A stretch of 64,000 bases of DNA from Barthelona sp. PCE. Lineage: Eukaryota. The notes under the pieces were generated by a model. It saw only the letters and a program-made list of their open reading frames with translations. It was not told where the DNA came from and searched no databases. Position numbers and translations under genes: made by a program. This document shows positions 1-13,900 of this stretch, in pieces. Within the stretch, counting starts at the first letter, position 1. The number at the start of each line of letters is the position of its first letter. The stretch spans positions 1,364,001 through 1,428,000 of the forward strand of contig JAUFOR010000008.1 in assembly GCA_040285745.1 (NCBI GenBank). The letters are read 5' to 3'.

Positions 1-3000
1 AGAACTCCTCGCCAACCGTGATAGAATTCACATGCGGTGGAATAGCGACGGGGTTTTCTTCCATCACATCATTCATTGAGAAGGACACATCGAGGTCCGA
101 CATGGCTTTGAACTTGAAGGGCAACTGGTATCGGTTGCCATAAACAACATCACACGTTCCACACGACCACAATGCCGAAGGGCTGTTTACCAAATATAAA
201 ACGTTACCATTGATAGAGTTCCAACGCGAAGTAGGAAGCATTACGACGTTTGTTGCTGTGATAACACCCGTTGCTCTTGACCCAGGCATGAGGAAAAGCG
301 ATTTGATTGTTGTTGAGTTCAGATGAATACTTTTATATGCGAATATCTTACTTCCAAAATTACCATTCAGCATAGTTTCTCCGGTGGCATTCACAATGCA
401 ATCCACCGTCGTCGAATACATCTTAGAGTCCATCACGTGAATGGATACACCAGATGGTTCTGGTGAAGCAAGTACGAAACCATCAAAAATAGATTCCTCA
501 GGGAAGACGACAGAGCAGTGATCAATAGCACAATCGATCGCTACCTCACCGGTGTGTACGTGCCTGGTGATATATGTGGTCGGGTGACTGAGAACAATAC
601 CTCCCGTCAGCAGATTAATCGATTTAACGTGCCCAATTGCTCCTTCAACCGCTTCCTGAATGGTAACATCTGCCAATTCGCCCTCGAATGAGGCATGCCG
701 CAGAGAAAGGGTGGCAGTGATGCTGATGTCACCGGTTGCAATAACGCTTACTGAGCCGTATTCACAGATAACAGTGATGTCACTTGATGCGCTGACAAAG
801 AAGTATGACGGAACAAGACACGATAGCACAGGATCCATTGCCAGAAGGGATGTGGTGAGTGTGGCGTTGCCGCTCAGAATCAGCTCATCAGGCGATCCAA
901 CAAATTTGAGTATTTTGTGCACAGTTAATGCCAGATGGAGGGTGCCACCGCTGACGTGGATCTCCACAGGTTGGTTTGTCTTACCGTCTAACCGCAGTGT
1001 TACGTTGTGGCCGACATGTACCTCCAGCTTATGTGACGCGTCATGATAAACTGTACCATTAAAATAGTTAGGAACATCAATACTGGTTTCTGCTGGCAAT
1101 AACTCATAAACACCGTCATCCACGATTGAATAACTTTCCGTGAAGTTATCACTCAGCCCAGTCTGCACCAGAACACCCCCATCGGTAATGTAATCAATTT
1201 GATCGTCAGCACTATATTCCATTCTCAACCCTTCAGAGATAACAAAGTAAGTTACTTCCAGAACTGAAGGTGGGGTATGTGTGAGAGCGTGTTCTGGTCT
1301 AGGTATAAAGCGTACCGTTCCATTCATGCAACAGTCAGGTATCTTCCGAATAACTGTAAAAGTTCCATCATATATTGTTATTACACCCATTGTTGCTACA
1401 TTTAGCTCAACCGATGAAATAAAATCTATCAATACAAAACTATCCGCTTGAATACGATATTTATCAAAAGCAACATTAGTTATAAGATGACCGAAATATT
1501 TATGACTACTAGCTACCTTAAAAGAAGTTGTCGAATCGAACGCGTAGATGTACATGAACATAGGGTTAATGATCTGTGTGTCAAAATTCACATGAACATC
1601 ATTCAATGTTATTGTTCGCAAAACCGTTGAATACCCATTACTTATGATATTACTTGCAATTCTGTTTTGATAACAAGTCTCTGAAGGACAAAGTCTTACT
1701 AAATGAATGTGGGTTGTTGGGGGAAACACAGACATTTGGATCATGTTGTTATCAACAATAGTGAGTGACGAATATGGTTCAGTTGAAATCATTCCGTTCG
1801 CTTTACCCCCATCCCCGTCCATAACAAGATGCCCACCGGAAAAGATATTAAGTAAACCACCGTATATTGCTTTAGTCAACGTTAACGTTCCTCCGACCAA
1901 ATAAATTGATCTTCCGTTCTCAGTAACGGTGAGGGATGTACCATCTGGGACAACAATACGGGCGCGACAGTGCGACTGCTCAACTGAAATTGTCGTGTGT
2001 GTTTCAGGTCCTAATGAAATAAGGCTGGGATTGGTTGGTCGAAGTTGAATGTTACAATTGGCATTGATATCCATACGAATTAGTGGTACTACGGTAGTTG
2101 TTATTCCTGGGCTACTGTCGCATGATTCTAAGATTGATGAGCCTGTTCCCAACGCAAAAATAATAACTGCTTCTTCTGATGAATCATCTTGCTCACCATG
2201 GTATTCAATGTGAAAACGACATCCTCCACTGCTTATTTGTGATGGAATATTGTTCCAAATCCTAAATACTATCAAAACATCGTCTTTGACTGAAACCAGT
2301 GGGTTTGCCGATGAGGAATCAAAGAAGGGAATATATCGTATGATAACAAGTGAAGTTGAATCGATGTGTACATGAGGTGCTTCACCCTTGTAAACCAAGA
2401 AAATATGAACGTCTGTTACTCCTCCCAAAGAATGCAGGTCGAAAACATGAAGTTTAGAAAACAGCATTATCCTTTCGCTAGTCACGTATACAGATCCGGT
2501 AAACGCACCTGTCAAAATGAAATGGGGCAGAGTTTGAGTTATAGAACCGAAGTTCACAGTGTCAGTGTCGTCTCCACGTAAAACTACTGATCCAATACCC
2601 GAAATTTTAAATGTTTCCAGATTCGAGCTTAGATATGTTGTTGACGTGGGAAACGAGACGAGCATCTGCTCTATATCAGAAAACTCACAAATGGAACCAG
2701 GGAACGCAATAAACATGTCATTTTCAGCATCTTCTAGGCATTTTCCAAATACATCATCGTAATAAGCAACTCGATAGATGCTATCTAAGTAGTAAATATC
2801 TGCAGGGTCAATACTTTTCCCTAACAAAATTGTGCCCCTATTGCTACTTGCTGGTGGAGAAATAGTATACCCTGCTCCACCTTGATCATCATCCAGTGCA
2901 TCGATGTATATTGTTGACTTGATTGTATTCGGAGCTATTGTTATTAAAGCTATTGATTTAGCAACCAAAATATGTAAAAAAGCATCATCGTCCAGAGAAA

Positions 3001-4399
3001 TGGTTGCGCTCTTCTTTGCTTCCAGCAACCCAACGTGGACTGAAACGTCGTACAGCGTCAAGTACGCTGCTTTTTCAACAACTTGCACATGATCAAACAC
3101 AAACCGTCCTTCTTTCAGTTGAACATCGCCTGCTGTACTAAAAAATCCAATTTTCACAGTTTGTGCCAAAAATCTCAATATTTTAACTGATGTCACAAGA
3201 GTATCTGCCTCAAAATACTGTGTTCTAATGTGTAAATGTGCAGGGCTGATCTGCGAGATGTTCCTGATTGCTAAAGTTCCCATACCTTGGAGAATTACAG
3301 TTTCAACACTGCTGTCGCTACCTATTAATATCAATTCATCGATATGAACGGTGTGGGCGTTGATAGAAACCGAAGTTGAAAAAATGGTTGCGGTTTTAAT
3401 CGTAAGTAGGTCTATAGATATATCAAGAACAGTACTTGAAGAATATGTAATATCTCCTAGTGTTACGTTTGCATAACTACTCGATGCATATAGATGACAC
3501 TTGATAGCACTGTCAACAATAAGTGATCCTTCCACGTATACTGTCATTTCCTCTGCATCAAGAGTGCCTATTCGGGTTTCTTTCTTTGTGTTGATGTTTC
3601 CTCCAGTTCCTTGGATTTTCTGCACATATACACCCTCATGTATTGTCAGATTACCACCAGAATATGTTATATCGCAGTTCATATCATAAAAAACATGAAA
3701 ATTTGTTGCTTGTTTACCTATGACATCCACATTATCACAGAAACTACTATCATCTGAGAGCTGTGTTATAGTAAGGTTAAAAGTTGAATCACTGATTGGG
3801 AATATTGAAGTAGTATCTTGTATGTATACTATTTTCTCACACATAAGATGTGCAGATTTGACGGACGAAATAGAGCAACTTTTGGCTTTGATGAAACCAA
3901 AATTTCCCACTTTGGAGTCAGTCATAAACAGATCATTGGTGAAGAACTCTCCCATTCCAAAATGTTCCAACTCTGTCAGATACATACTATCAGCAGTGAC
4001 AATTCCTGCATCCACAGAAGTTACTGTATCCATTGTTAGTTTTCCTGTTACCGTTAAAGAATGATTATTGAAAAAAAAACGAGTGTTATCCATTGTTAAA
4101 TCTCCTTCAATAACAACATCATCTTCAAGATGTATGTTGTACAGCGACGTTTTCATACCTTCTGGTGCTATAATGCGTCCGCTTATACGCGCACAAGTTT
4201 TAAAAGTGAATGATTTAACGGTGGTTAATCCTGAAACAGTTCCCATGTTAGGATCCATCAAAGAAGCATCCAAATCAGGCATGTGGAGATCCTTATATGT
4301 TATATGTGTGAGAGAAACTGTAAAAAGCAGGGATAAGAAAATTAAAAGTGTAAGGTTGACCCTTAGAAATCTGTTGTTCAGTGCATTTGAACCGTGCAT
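1..4399 (-). CDS. Large secreted/surface protein, beta-strand-rich, 3'-partial (>=1466 aa), unknown family
   Basis: Absent from the ORF track because it has no stop inside the window. I read the minus frame from ATG 4399 to position 2 and found no stop. The N-terminus MHGSNALNNRFLRVNLTLLIFLSLLFTVSLT looks like a signal peptide. The body is V/I/T/S/G/D-rich. Confidence 0.85.
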   Translation of the reverse strand, partial: MHGSNALNNRFLRVNLTLLIFLSLLFTVSLTHITYKDLHMPDLDASLMDPNMGTVSGLTTVKSFTFKTCARISGRIIAPEGMKTSLYNIHLEDDVVIEGDLTMDNTRFFFNNHSLTVTGKLTMDTVTSVDAGIVTADSMYLTELEHFGMGEFFTNDLFMTDSKVGNFGFIKAKSCSISSVKSAHLMCEKIVYIQDTTSIFPISDSTFNLTITQLSDDSSFCDNVDVIGKQATNFHVFYDMNCDITYSGGNLTIHEGVYVQKIQGTGGNINTKKETRIGTLDAEEMTVYVEGSLIVDSAIKCHLYASSSYANVTLGDITYSSSTVLDISIDLLTIKTATIFSTSVSINAHTVHIDELILIGSDSSVETVILQGMGTLAIRNISQISPAHLHIRTQYFEADTLVTSVKILRFLAQTVKIGFFSTAGDVQLKEGRFVFDHVQVVEKAAYLTLYDVSVHVGLLEAKKSATISLDDDAFLHILVAKSIALITIAPNTIKSTIYIDALDDDQGGAGYTISPPASSNRGTILLGKSIDPADIYYLDSIYRVAYYDDVFGKCLEDAENDMFIAFPGSICEFSDIEQMLVSFPTSTTYLSSNLETFKISGIGSVVLRGDDTDTVNFGSITQTLPHFILTGAFTGSVYVTSERIMLFSKLHVFDLHSLGGVTDVHIFLVYKGEAPHVHIDSTSLVIIRYIPFFDSSSANPLVSVKDDVLIVFRIWNNIPSQISSGGCRFHIEYHGEQDDSSEEAVIIFALGTGSSILESCDSSPGITTTVVPLIRMDINANCNIQLRPTNPSLISLGPETHTTISVEQSHCRARIVVPDGTSLTVTENGRSIYLVGGTLTLTKAIYGGLLNIFSGGHLVMDGDGGKANGMISTEPYSSLTIVDNNMIQMSVFPPTTHIHLVRLCPSETCYQNRIASNIISNGYSTVLRTITLNDVHVNFDTQIINPMFMYIYAFDSTTSFKVASSHKYFGHLITNVAFDKYRIQADSFVLIDFISSVELNVATMGVITIYDGTFTVIRKIPDCCMNGTVRFIPRPEHALTHTPPSVLEVTYFVISEGLRMEYSADDQIDYITDGGVLVQTGLSDNFTESYSIVDDGVYELLPAETSIDVPNYFNGTVYHDASHKLEVHVGHNVTLRLDGKTNQPVEIHVSGGTLHLALTVHKILKFVGSPDELILSGNATLTTSLLAMDPVLSCLVPSYFFVSASSDITVICEYGSVSVIATGDISITATLSLRHASFEGELADVTIQEAVEGAIGHVKSINLLTGGIVLSHPTTYITRHVHTGEVAIDCAIDHCSVVFPEESIFDGFVLASPEPSGVSIHVMDSKMYSTTVDCIVNATGETMLNGNFGSKIFAYKSIHLNSTTIKSLFLMPGSRATGVITATNVVMLPTSRWNSINGNVLYLVNSPSALWSCGTCDVVYGNRYQLPFKFKAMSDLDVSFSMNDVMEENPVAIPPHVNSITVGEEF

Positions 4400-4960
4400 C
4401 AATTATGATGTTTCACAGATTTGGAAAAGGTAGTATTAGAAAATATGAGTTTTTCTCTCATTTTTTGTATTTTCTCCTCATTCAAGTTTTTTTTTTTCTT
4501 TAAGCAGTGTTTTTCTTCTATCATGAAACGGAAAATGCATGAAATTTGTATTTTATTGGCAGAATTTTTAAAAAAGGGATTTGAGAGGGATTTTTGTGTT
4601 ATTTAATACGTAAAGGATTTTTAAAATGTCTTTGGGATCATTTCTGAAAATGTAGCACTCTAGTTTTAATGTTTTGATAGTGAAAAATTCATTTTTGAAC
4701 AGCATTGTATCACAATGTAATAGAGCAATAAAAGTGGAATAGGTCACACATTGAGTGATGACCTGTGATGATGTTTGATATTTAGATGTGATTGTTTCGT
4801 TTTGTTAAAGAAAAGTACCAAAAACCCACATAAAGCACAGTAAATGTCCCAAACAAACTGTTTTCAATATAGTATATACGTGTAACATTGTTATTCGTTT
4901 TCTCTTCCGTTTTGATATTTCTGTTTGTTTTTACGTTTTCAACAGCTCTGTCACATCATC

Positions 4961-7900
4961 ATGTTTGAGGGACTAGTATCATCATTACTTTCAAAGATCT
5001 TGGGAGATTATATTGAGAACTTAAACACCGATAATCTTCGAATCGGTTTATTTGGAGGCAAGGTAGAGCTTAACAACCTTGTTTTAAAGGAGACATGCTT
5101 GCAGGAGTTCTTCCCTGCACTTAAGGTTAAAAAGGGTGTTCTTGGCAGTTTGCAGTTAACTGTTCCATGGAGAAACTTGAAATCCAGACCAGTCATCGTT
5201 GACATGTCCGATCTATTCATTCTAACAACCACGGACACTGAATTTGAAGTGTCCCCAGGAGATTTACAGAAGAGCATCGAAGCAGCTTTAATTAAGAAAC
5301 AGAAGCTACTTGAATTCTACGAGGAAGGCGTTAAGGAGGCTGAACAGCTCGCTTTGGAGGAGTCAGGAAAGAAGAAGAAGAAAAAGAAGGGATTTGTTGA
5401 TAATATAGTTACACTTATCCTCAACAATCTACAAATCACTTTGAGAAATATTCACATCAAGGTGGACGATACATCTGTCGCCTCCCATAACTGTGCGATA
5501 GGTATCACTCTTAACTCTTTTCGAATTAAGTCATGTGATAAGGATTTTAACGAAATGTTCATCGAGGGAAAACCTGATGAAATATATAAGAAAGCTAATT
5601 TAGATGGATTTTCTTTGTATTGTAATCATGGATCATCATTTGAATTCTTTAAAAATGATGTATTTGTTGGCGTTGATGATTTCAAAGATTTTATGAGGAG
5701 TCAAATCCCAAACAGTGATAATAAGAATGATCCAATGAGGGATCATATTTATATCTTGGAACCGGTCTCCTTTGACTTGGAGCTCACACTAAACCGTGAA
5801 GGATTTGCTTTTGATGGAATCACACCTCAAGTTATAGCTAATCTTGGTTTACAGAATTTGAATTTGAAGATCAACGATCGTCAAATGAGTTGCCTAATGG
5901 AAATTGCGGATTTTTCCAGCGAGTTTGTTAAGAGATTTACTTGGAAAGATTACCGTCCGACCGTCACTGTAATGGAGGACCGTATGGCATGGTGGAAGTT
6001 TGCCATTGAATACGCTAAGAAAACATCAGCAACTAAGATTGCATGGACGTTGACTGACGGATTCTTTGAGGAACGTCGTCGTGATCGTCTTGCTTACATC
6101 GCTCTTATCAACCAGGCGAAAGAGATTGGTCCTATTAAGGCAGAAGATTTGAGTGAAGAGCAGGAGGAGCTTAAAAGCTTGATTGAGTCAAGGTACAGTT
6201 TGTCTGACCTCATCTTCTTCAGAAAATGTGCTGATGTTGAGTTAAAGGGACTCTTGAGACGTTACGAGGAAAGTCTTGAAAGCGCCGGTATGTTTGCTAG
6301 AAAGCAGAAAAAGGCAGCTCTTGCTGAACTCATGCAGGGCCTCTCTGATGAAGAACGTCTAGAACTATACCGCAGTGTCGATGATTTCGAAATCGATGAA
6401 GGTGCAGTCGATACGGATGTACCTGATGACTATATTAAGATCCAGTCCAAGTTCTGCATGGAGTCAGTCAGTGTTGCTCTTGCAAAAGCTGCCACCCAAA
6501 AGGCATTTGCAACTGTTGCACTCAGCGACATCAAGGGTGGTCTTACAATTAACGATTTCGGAACAATTGATGTTGATTTTGCACTGGGAGATCTCAGTCT
6601 GTCAAATTTAAAACAGCAAAGACTTTTTGGTTTGCTGGAGGTTTCAAACGATTTACTAACATCACACGTTGTACTAAATCCAATCCCTGACGAATCAAAG
6701 CAGATCAATCCCGATCTCAAACTCGATCTTCACCTTGAAGAGACGTATATAGTTACTGATTTTGGATTTATCGGCGATGTTATTTCGTTTTTCGCAAATG
6801 ACACACCTTCAGAATTGAAGGAACTCGCATCAAAGGCGGCTGATGCGTCGGTATCAAAGTACGATGATTACTCCGCCAAGGCTACTGAAGCAATGTACGA
6901 AGCATTGCAGAACCGAAAGATGATGGAGTTAAATATTGATCTTTGTGCGCCCAGCATCATCGTTCCCCGGAACAGCCTTGACAGTTTGGTCATTAAACCA
7001 GGTCGTCTTTTCTTGAACAGTGTGGAGATGGAAAACATGTATGATACGTACGAGCGCTTCAATCTTTCGCTTCAGCAAACCAGTATGTATATTGTGGAGG
7101 GTAACTTTTCACAGTTGTCCTTCACCGAATTCGTACAAACCGTGTGTACATCAACTGGTAACTCTCTCTTAAAACCCATTGAGCTTGACTGTGCTTTTGC
7201 ACGCAACATAAATGGTGAGGATAGGGAGAACACCGGTATGATTGTGGACGTTATATTGAAGCCTGTCCTCATGCGTCTTTCTGATGCAGACATTCATTTC
7301 TTGGTTGATTTGGGTGTGGAGTACATCAAGAAGTTGGATATGCTCAAACCGGAAACAACGGATATGGTTGAAGCTAACATCATTACGATAGTTGACGCAC
7401 CCAAAAAACCAACTAAGGAAATTGTTGAGAAGGTTGAAGTAGTTGAAGTTGAAACCAACACAGATATGTTGGACATGCTCTCAAAGTATGTTGAGATGAG
7501 TATTTCACTCAAATTTGAAGCACTTCACATTGATTTAGTAAGGGAGTGTGAGACTTTCGCCAAAATATCATTCGGAGGTCTCAATTGTGATGTTAAGAAA
7601 TACCCTCACGGAATGCACGTGAACACTAGCTTCGGTTCGTTGGGTATCGTGCCCACAGGGACAGCAACTCCATTGCTTTACTGCGGAGATGATAAAGGAG
7701 AGCTCCTTTCATTCAATATGGAAATGTACTCTCATCATCCGGTCACTGAGCACATCATTAACATGAGGTCCATTGAGACACTGCAGAGCATCGATGTCTC
7801 GCTGGGTAAACTCTCGTTCGATGTGAACCGTGAGTTTGTCTTTGATATGATACTTTTTGGTCTTGACATGCTTGACTACATGAAGTATGCAGGGCTCATA

Positions 7901-10900
7901 ACCGAAGAATCCAAGGATGTTGAGCTGGAGATCAATTCCGATGCCACGAATGATGCGGAGATTGATGTCGTTGATGACCTGGTTCCCATTCACTCTAATG
8001 GTGTTTATGATATTGTGAAGAAGACATCTGTTAAGTACTCATTTGATGGTTTGTCATTGAGTTTGTCAAAGAACAACGGTGTACTCGCCAGTGCCTCCAT
8101 CACAGGGCTATGTGGTGTGCTTGAGATGGATATGGACGGACTTTTCTTGAAAACAGTCATTGATGGTATTGACTTCATATACTTTGATGGAGATGATTGT
8201 ATTCCCATTATCTCTTCACCAGACCAGTTTCTTTCAGTTCGTCTCGGTATCCCCACCGATGGTGTAATGAATATAAACGCCGAATTAGGTACTCTCAAAA
8301 TTTGTTTCGTTCTAAAGTGCTTGTTGGGAATTGCTGACTACGCTACGGAGTCATCTGCTATTAACAAGGTCTTCTCATTGTACTCAACCGATGCAGTTAG
8401 TGCCGCTTCTCAAAAAGCTGATGAAGCAGCCGAGAATTTGAAGGAAGTCACAACGCTGCCTAACGTTGCCCTTTCATTGAAGGCAGTCGAAGTAATTGTA
8501 CCCCGCAATTCCATTCAACAGGAAACAGGACTCCGCCTCAAACTCGATTCGCTCGATGTTACTGTCGCGACAGAGGAGGCCGTACTTACATTTGGTGGTA
8601 TTGGTTGTGATCTGTATGAGAATGAAGATATTCTTTCACTTTGGAAGGGTACTGCAATGAATATTGTGTGTGGTATGAATCTTGATGAACTGGATTTTGA
8701 TATTTCTGTCAATATTGCCAAGTCCTGTTTCGATTTATCTTTACACGAGCTGAGCATTCTACTTACTGTCCTTGAGAACTTCTCAGAGAAGCCATCGATC
8801 GAAAATCATCAGAGTTTATCGAGCAAAATCGATGAGAGACTTCAGTCTTTCCTTCCTGCTTCGAGAATTAATTCGAGTGATGGTTCTCTCTCCTCAGCTC
8901 ATGAAATCCTACAAGCTAAAGAGGAGTCGCAGAAAGAGGTTGTTGAGGCAACTGGTGACGCAAAGGTTTTGCATTTGAAGTTTGACTTCAATTTTGATGG
9001 TTTTGATGTTACTCTTGAGGAGCTTCTCAAGTTCCATGCCGGGTCATTCGCAACAAACGGAGATATTAAGGGATCTGACATCATTGTCAATCTTACTTAT
9101 GATGATTTCGCAATTTATCCCTTGGATGGAGAGCATGCTATTCTTCGCATTGGTATGGAAGGCGTAGACGACATTAATGATATCATGGTCGGTCTTACCC
9201 TCTCCGAGGCAGCAATCGATATTGACCTGACTGTTCTCGGTTGTTACGCTTCCATAAGCCCTGACTTTGTCACAAACGCCCTCAAATACGTTGATGACTT
9301 ACAGGCAATCCTCAAACCCGCTGATTCTGAAAAAGAAATTGCTGCTGAAGAAGCAGATGATAAAATCATACAGAAGACAAAGAAGGAGGTTGATAAGGTT
9401 GAAACCAAACCAAAGATTATTACTGGCCGTGTTCTCATCCAGCCTATTATCTTTACATTGTACAGCACTGACTGTACACTTATGCTTGAGTCCACCGTCA
9501 ACGCTTCGTTCAATATGAACGCTACAGGCTCTTCAGACGGGTTGCTTGGTGATCTTGGTTTTAAGGTGCTGGTCAGTGCAGGTATTAAATTCTGCCCGTA
9601 TACGTGCATAGATCCCAGCAAGCTTACATCTATTATTGATGGTATTATTTGCACAATATCTTCGACTCCTGATTTGAATTCTTCAGAGATGGAACTCATG
9701 AAACGTCCTAACATTAATATGATCCTTGGTTCCACTGATGAGCCAGTCTCGAAAGAGGAACAGGAGGATGATGTGGAAGAAGGACTCAGTGTACTACGTC
9801 AACATGTTATTGAAGATTGCGGTCAGTCATTGATTACCTTGAACTTCCAAAGAGTTGAGATGCGTATCTCGTATCAACAGATCTTAGCTATAGTTGCTCT
9901 TACAAACCTCTTCACTGAAACTCTTAAGACAATAGCAAAGAAAGAAATGGATATGGTAAGTGTCGAAGTCGATGTTGATGCTGAAGATTTTGAGGTTTTG
10001 TTACCAGCTGATGAGTTGTTTGAACCCATACCCAACGAAGATGGTAAGCAAGAGGAAGAGTCGTTTGTCGAACAAGTTCCTCGCAAAAAGAAGGGACTCA
10101 CCATCTTCCTTGATGGTGAACCGTGTTCCCTAACGCTCATCAACGATCAGTCATCTCATATGACCGTCCCTCTTCTACGATTTATGTTCTTTTTCCGTGG
10201 TGCGTCTGTAGTTATCAACCCAGAGGAGAAGCTGCTTTTCGCTGTCACGGATTCCATCTCTTTCAACATAGGATACTGGTCTCCCCTCGTCTCTGCATGG
10301 GAGTCCCTTGTTGAGCCCATGTCCTTCTACTGCTCTTTCTTGCAGGGAAGCGGTCTCAACGATCTTGCTGTTGTCTTTTATAATACTTTCGGAATTAACA
10401 TCACTACTCGATCATTTGACGTGCTTAGTGCTAGTTTCATTTCTTTCACCAATGAACTTTCAAAGAAGGAAGTCAGAAATACATCTCCACTGCAAATCGT
10501 CTCACATCTTGAGCAGGACTTCACAGTTATACTCAGTGATGGGCGTAATGAAAATAGACTGGATGTTTCCAAAAACAGTGTCGTTGATCTCGATTGCGCA
10601 TACCGTACCCTTGTCATAGAAGGTTTCAACTGCGAAGATCTAGTAGTGGACCTGAATCGATCAGGCGCTACCTTTGTCAGAAGTAATCATCCTATTCTTC
10701 GTCATATTGAGGTGTTCACGCAAATGTCCGATCTTCAGAAGATCGTACACATTAGAACACCATCGTTGGTTACCAACCACACCGACCAGACTGTTATGTT
10801 TACTGTTTGTGATCGCACTATGATGGCTGTTGAACCTAATCAGACGGTTGGTCTTCCAATGGAAACCTTCCTCACACCGTCTAGCACTTTGAAGTTGAGT

Positions 10901-13900
10901 TCTTCCAATAAGGTGATACCTTTTGCTGTTGACAACCATCAAATTGCTGTTAACGGAAGAATGCACTACATTGAAGTTAAAGCACGTACGTTATATCTTG
11001 ATATTCACGTGCACCCTCCCTTACAGATTGTGAACCGCATGCCTTTTGAGCTCAAGGCTACAGTACGCATAGAAGATGGTGTTGAGCATGATCTGTTTAG
11101 CGGGGCTTCTAAATTAGTACATGTTGGGTTTAACACAAGCGCAACACTGATCATTGATAGTTTTGAGTGGCCCATCACTTTTAATGGTAAAAGCCGTGTC
11201 CTCAAGTTCGAGGAGAAGTATTCTTCTGCACCCTCAAACTTATTGGGACAAGGCTTCGTCATGTCTCAGGTTGTTGAGAAGCATGGTAATCTTCAGTGCG
11301 TTCGTGCTGAATTCTATGTTTCGCACTTCATCCAGAACTGGTGCTCACTTCCGCTATTCATCAAACAGTCCAAGGATGAACACTTCATCCCCCACTTTAT
11401 GGGGCAAGAGATGCTCTCCTTCAACAATTTCCCCGGTTTCATGTATGGCTCACTCGACAAGTCTTCAAACGTAACTCTCGCATACTCTGAGAACCCCGAG
11501 GGTGCCAAGACATTTGATGTCAACCTTGACACGTTCGGTGCAGACCAATCTGAGGAGATTGACGGTTTCGCGCTTGGTCTCTCGACTAACCCAGGTACCA
11601 AGGAATTCACAGGTTCTAAGATTCTTAAGATCGTCAACCGTTTTGTCATACAGTCAGAAGTGACCGACTTGGGCATCAGTTTATACGAAAATGAACACTT
11701 TGATGTGGCTGAAACCCTTGAAATTCGTTCACCGGACATGGATGCGGACGATCTGAAGCTGAAATTCAAGCTCGGCGACGACGAAGTTGGCCCGTTCAAG
11801 TTCACCAGCGCGTCACAGCATCGCTTTGAGCTGAACGGAAGATATATGTTTGCTAAATCAATTTTTAAGGGAAGTCAGTTTTATGTTTCCGTGAAGGAGG
11901 CTAAGCCACCAGTTGTGTTCTACAATAAGACTCACGTCGACATTGGCTTCTCCGAAGTTGTCATGCGAGATGAGAAACCTATTCAGTCTGAGGTTATGTT
12001 TATTGCTCCACATGATAACCGCGATTACTGTACACTCAACTCATCAATTAGTGATGTTGTTTTCATGCTCAGTATCGCAGGCACTTGCCTGAAATTTGAT
12101 CTTAAGAAGCCGCTCATCGATTCACTGTTCGAGGCTGGAGATCAGGACTTTTTAGTCTATTCAGTTTTTGATGGTCAGACGCAGCATATTGCTATTTATG
12201 AATGTCCTTTCGGCTACCAACGCAAGAAAATCGTTGAAAAGGAACCGATGAAAGTTGAGGTCAGTCTCGTTCATATCGGTGTATCATTTATTGATGAAAC
12301 CCCTCAGGAACTCTTCCTACTAGAGGTTGTGAACTTCAAACTTTCGTTGCAGAAGTTTGAGACCAGGATGATTTTGGATCTCAAGCTAGGCGATCTGCAG
12401 TTGGATGATCTGCGCTGTAAGGCCAACGAGAAGTTCGTTATACATAAAAAGCGCGAGCTCGGAAATCAAAACTCTCAGCGAGATCTTTTCCATCTCTTAT
12501 TCATCAAGAACACCCGTGTTCCTAACTACATTGAGCTTCTTGAAGTGCTGCTCCGTGAAATATGTGTTAAGGTGACTGGTTCACTCTTACACTCCATCAA
12601 GGATATCGTTGCTCTCTTTGACGTTGCTCCTGTCCTTGAATCTCTTGCCCTCTTGACCGACAGTAAGAGCAACGAGGCCGCACAAGAAGAGAAGCTAAAG
12701 GATGAGCTTCAGCAGATCGATACAACGCTTGTTTTCGGCAAGTTTTTGGTTCACCCCATTCAGGTCAACCTATCACTGCAGAACTTCAACCTTGACGACT
12801 TCATGACTATTCCAATCGTCAATGCGCTCAGTGGAATCCTCAGCAGCATTAGCGATTTTCCGTTCACTCTCAAATCACTGGAGCTGAACAACTTCATCAT
12901 GCAATCGTCGGTGTTTGTCTCACTCATTAAGAGCCAAATATTCAGTAACCTTGCAATGAATGTAGCCAAGCTTATTGGTTCTCTTGACATTATTGGTAAT
13001 CCTTTATCTTTATTGAATTCCGTTGGCTTTGGTGTTAAATCTCTGTTTTACTCTCCTTTCTCAGCCGAGGTCACTTCTGTTGACACATTCTTCAAATCTG
13101 TGTTTGCAGGCGGTGAGCTGTTTGTTGTTTCCGTCCTCAGTGGTGTTACTAATTCGGTTACCAGTGTTGTTGGATCTATAGAGAACGGTTTCGCAATCCT
13201 TTCTGCTGACGACGAATTCCAGGAGGAGCTTCGTGTCAGAAACGCACAACAGGTTGACCACATTGGTGATGGTATTATTCAGGGTGTCAGTATACTTGGA
13301 ACTTCAATTTTGGATGGAATCGTTGGTGTTGTTGCTCAACCAGTCCGTGGTGCTCAAAACGAAGGTTTCTTCGGTGCTATCAAGGGTGTAGGTAAGGGTG
13401 TTGTGGGTCTTGCCGCCAAACCACTTGCTGGTTCTCTATCACTTGCTTCGAAAGTTGTTGTTGGTGCGAAAAATACGTTTGTTAACTCTGCTGATCCGTA
13501 TTGCTACCGTTTCCCTCGTTGGTTGGTTCCTGGTAAGCCCATTGTGGATTACCTAATGTGTTGTGAGGGAGCAGGACTCCAAGTGTGTCTCAAGGAGACT
13601 AATGATGATTTCAATGATGATGTGCTCATGTATTACTGCAGACATGAGGACAAGGTGTTACTTATGACTCGTCGTACCGTTCTGATCGTTCGCGTGCCCC
13701 CCGTTGATCACTGTGGAACCGAGTTAAAGGTGCTTGATTCCGTCAGCTACTCAGATGTTATCGAGATTGTGGCTGCAAGAAATGGTGTCCTCTCTTTCAA
13801 CAAACAGAAGGGCGGTTTGTTTAGTGTCTTCAGCTCAAACGCTTTAACATTCCAGATGGCGAATGAAGAAGTTGCTGCACAGGTAGCAAAGAACGCCAAA

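Noticed and set aside
1-4399. Alternative genetic code or stop readthrough as the reason no long ORF was called here
   Set aside because: The minus frame is fully open and simply runs off the window. TAA, TAG and TGA all act as stops in other genes.
660-4433. Short + strand ORFs in the first 4.4 kb, and similar antisense ORFs throughout the window
   Set aside because: They are shadows of long real ORFs on the opposite strand, in a consistent frame offset, with no motifs.
4741-4764. AGGTCA-CAC...GTG-A-TGACCT hairpin with nearby TGATGA (possible C/D snoRNA)
   Set aside because: No downstream D box (CTGA) at a suitable distance, and a single short hairpin is expected by chance.
4890-4960. Polypyrimidine tract plus CAG before the ATG (also near 21580 and 23535), suggesting spliced-leader trans-splicing
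   Set aside because: Many genes (HisRS, Sec24, PUF, roadblock) have no AG between the tract and the ATG, and strands alternate frequently. A promoter element explains it better.
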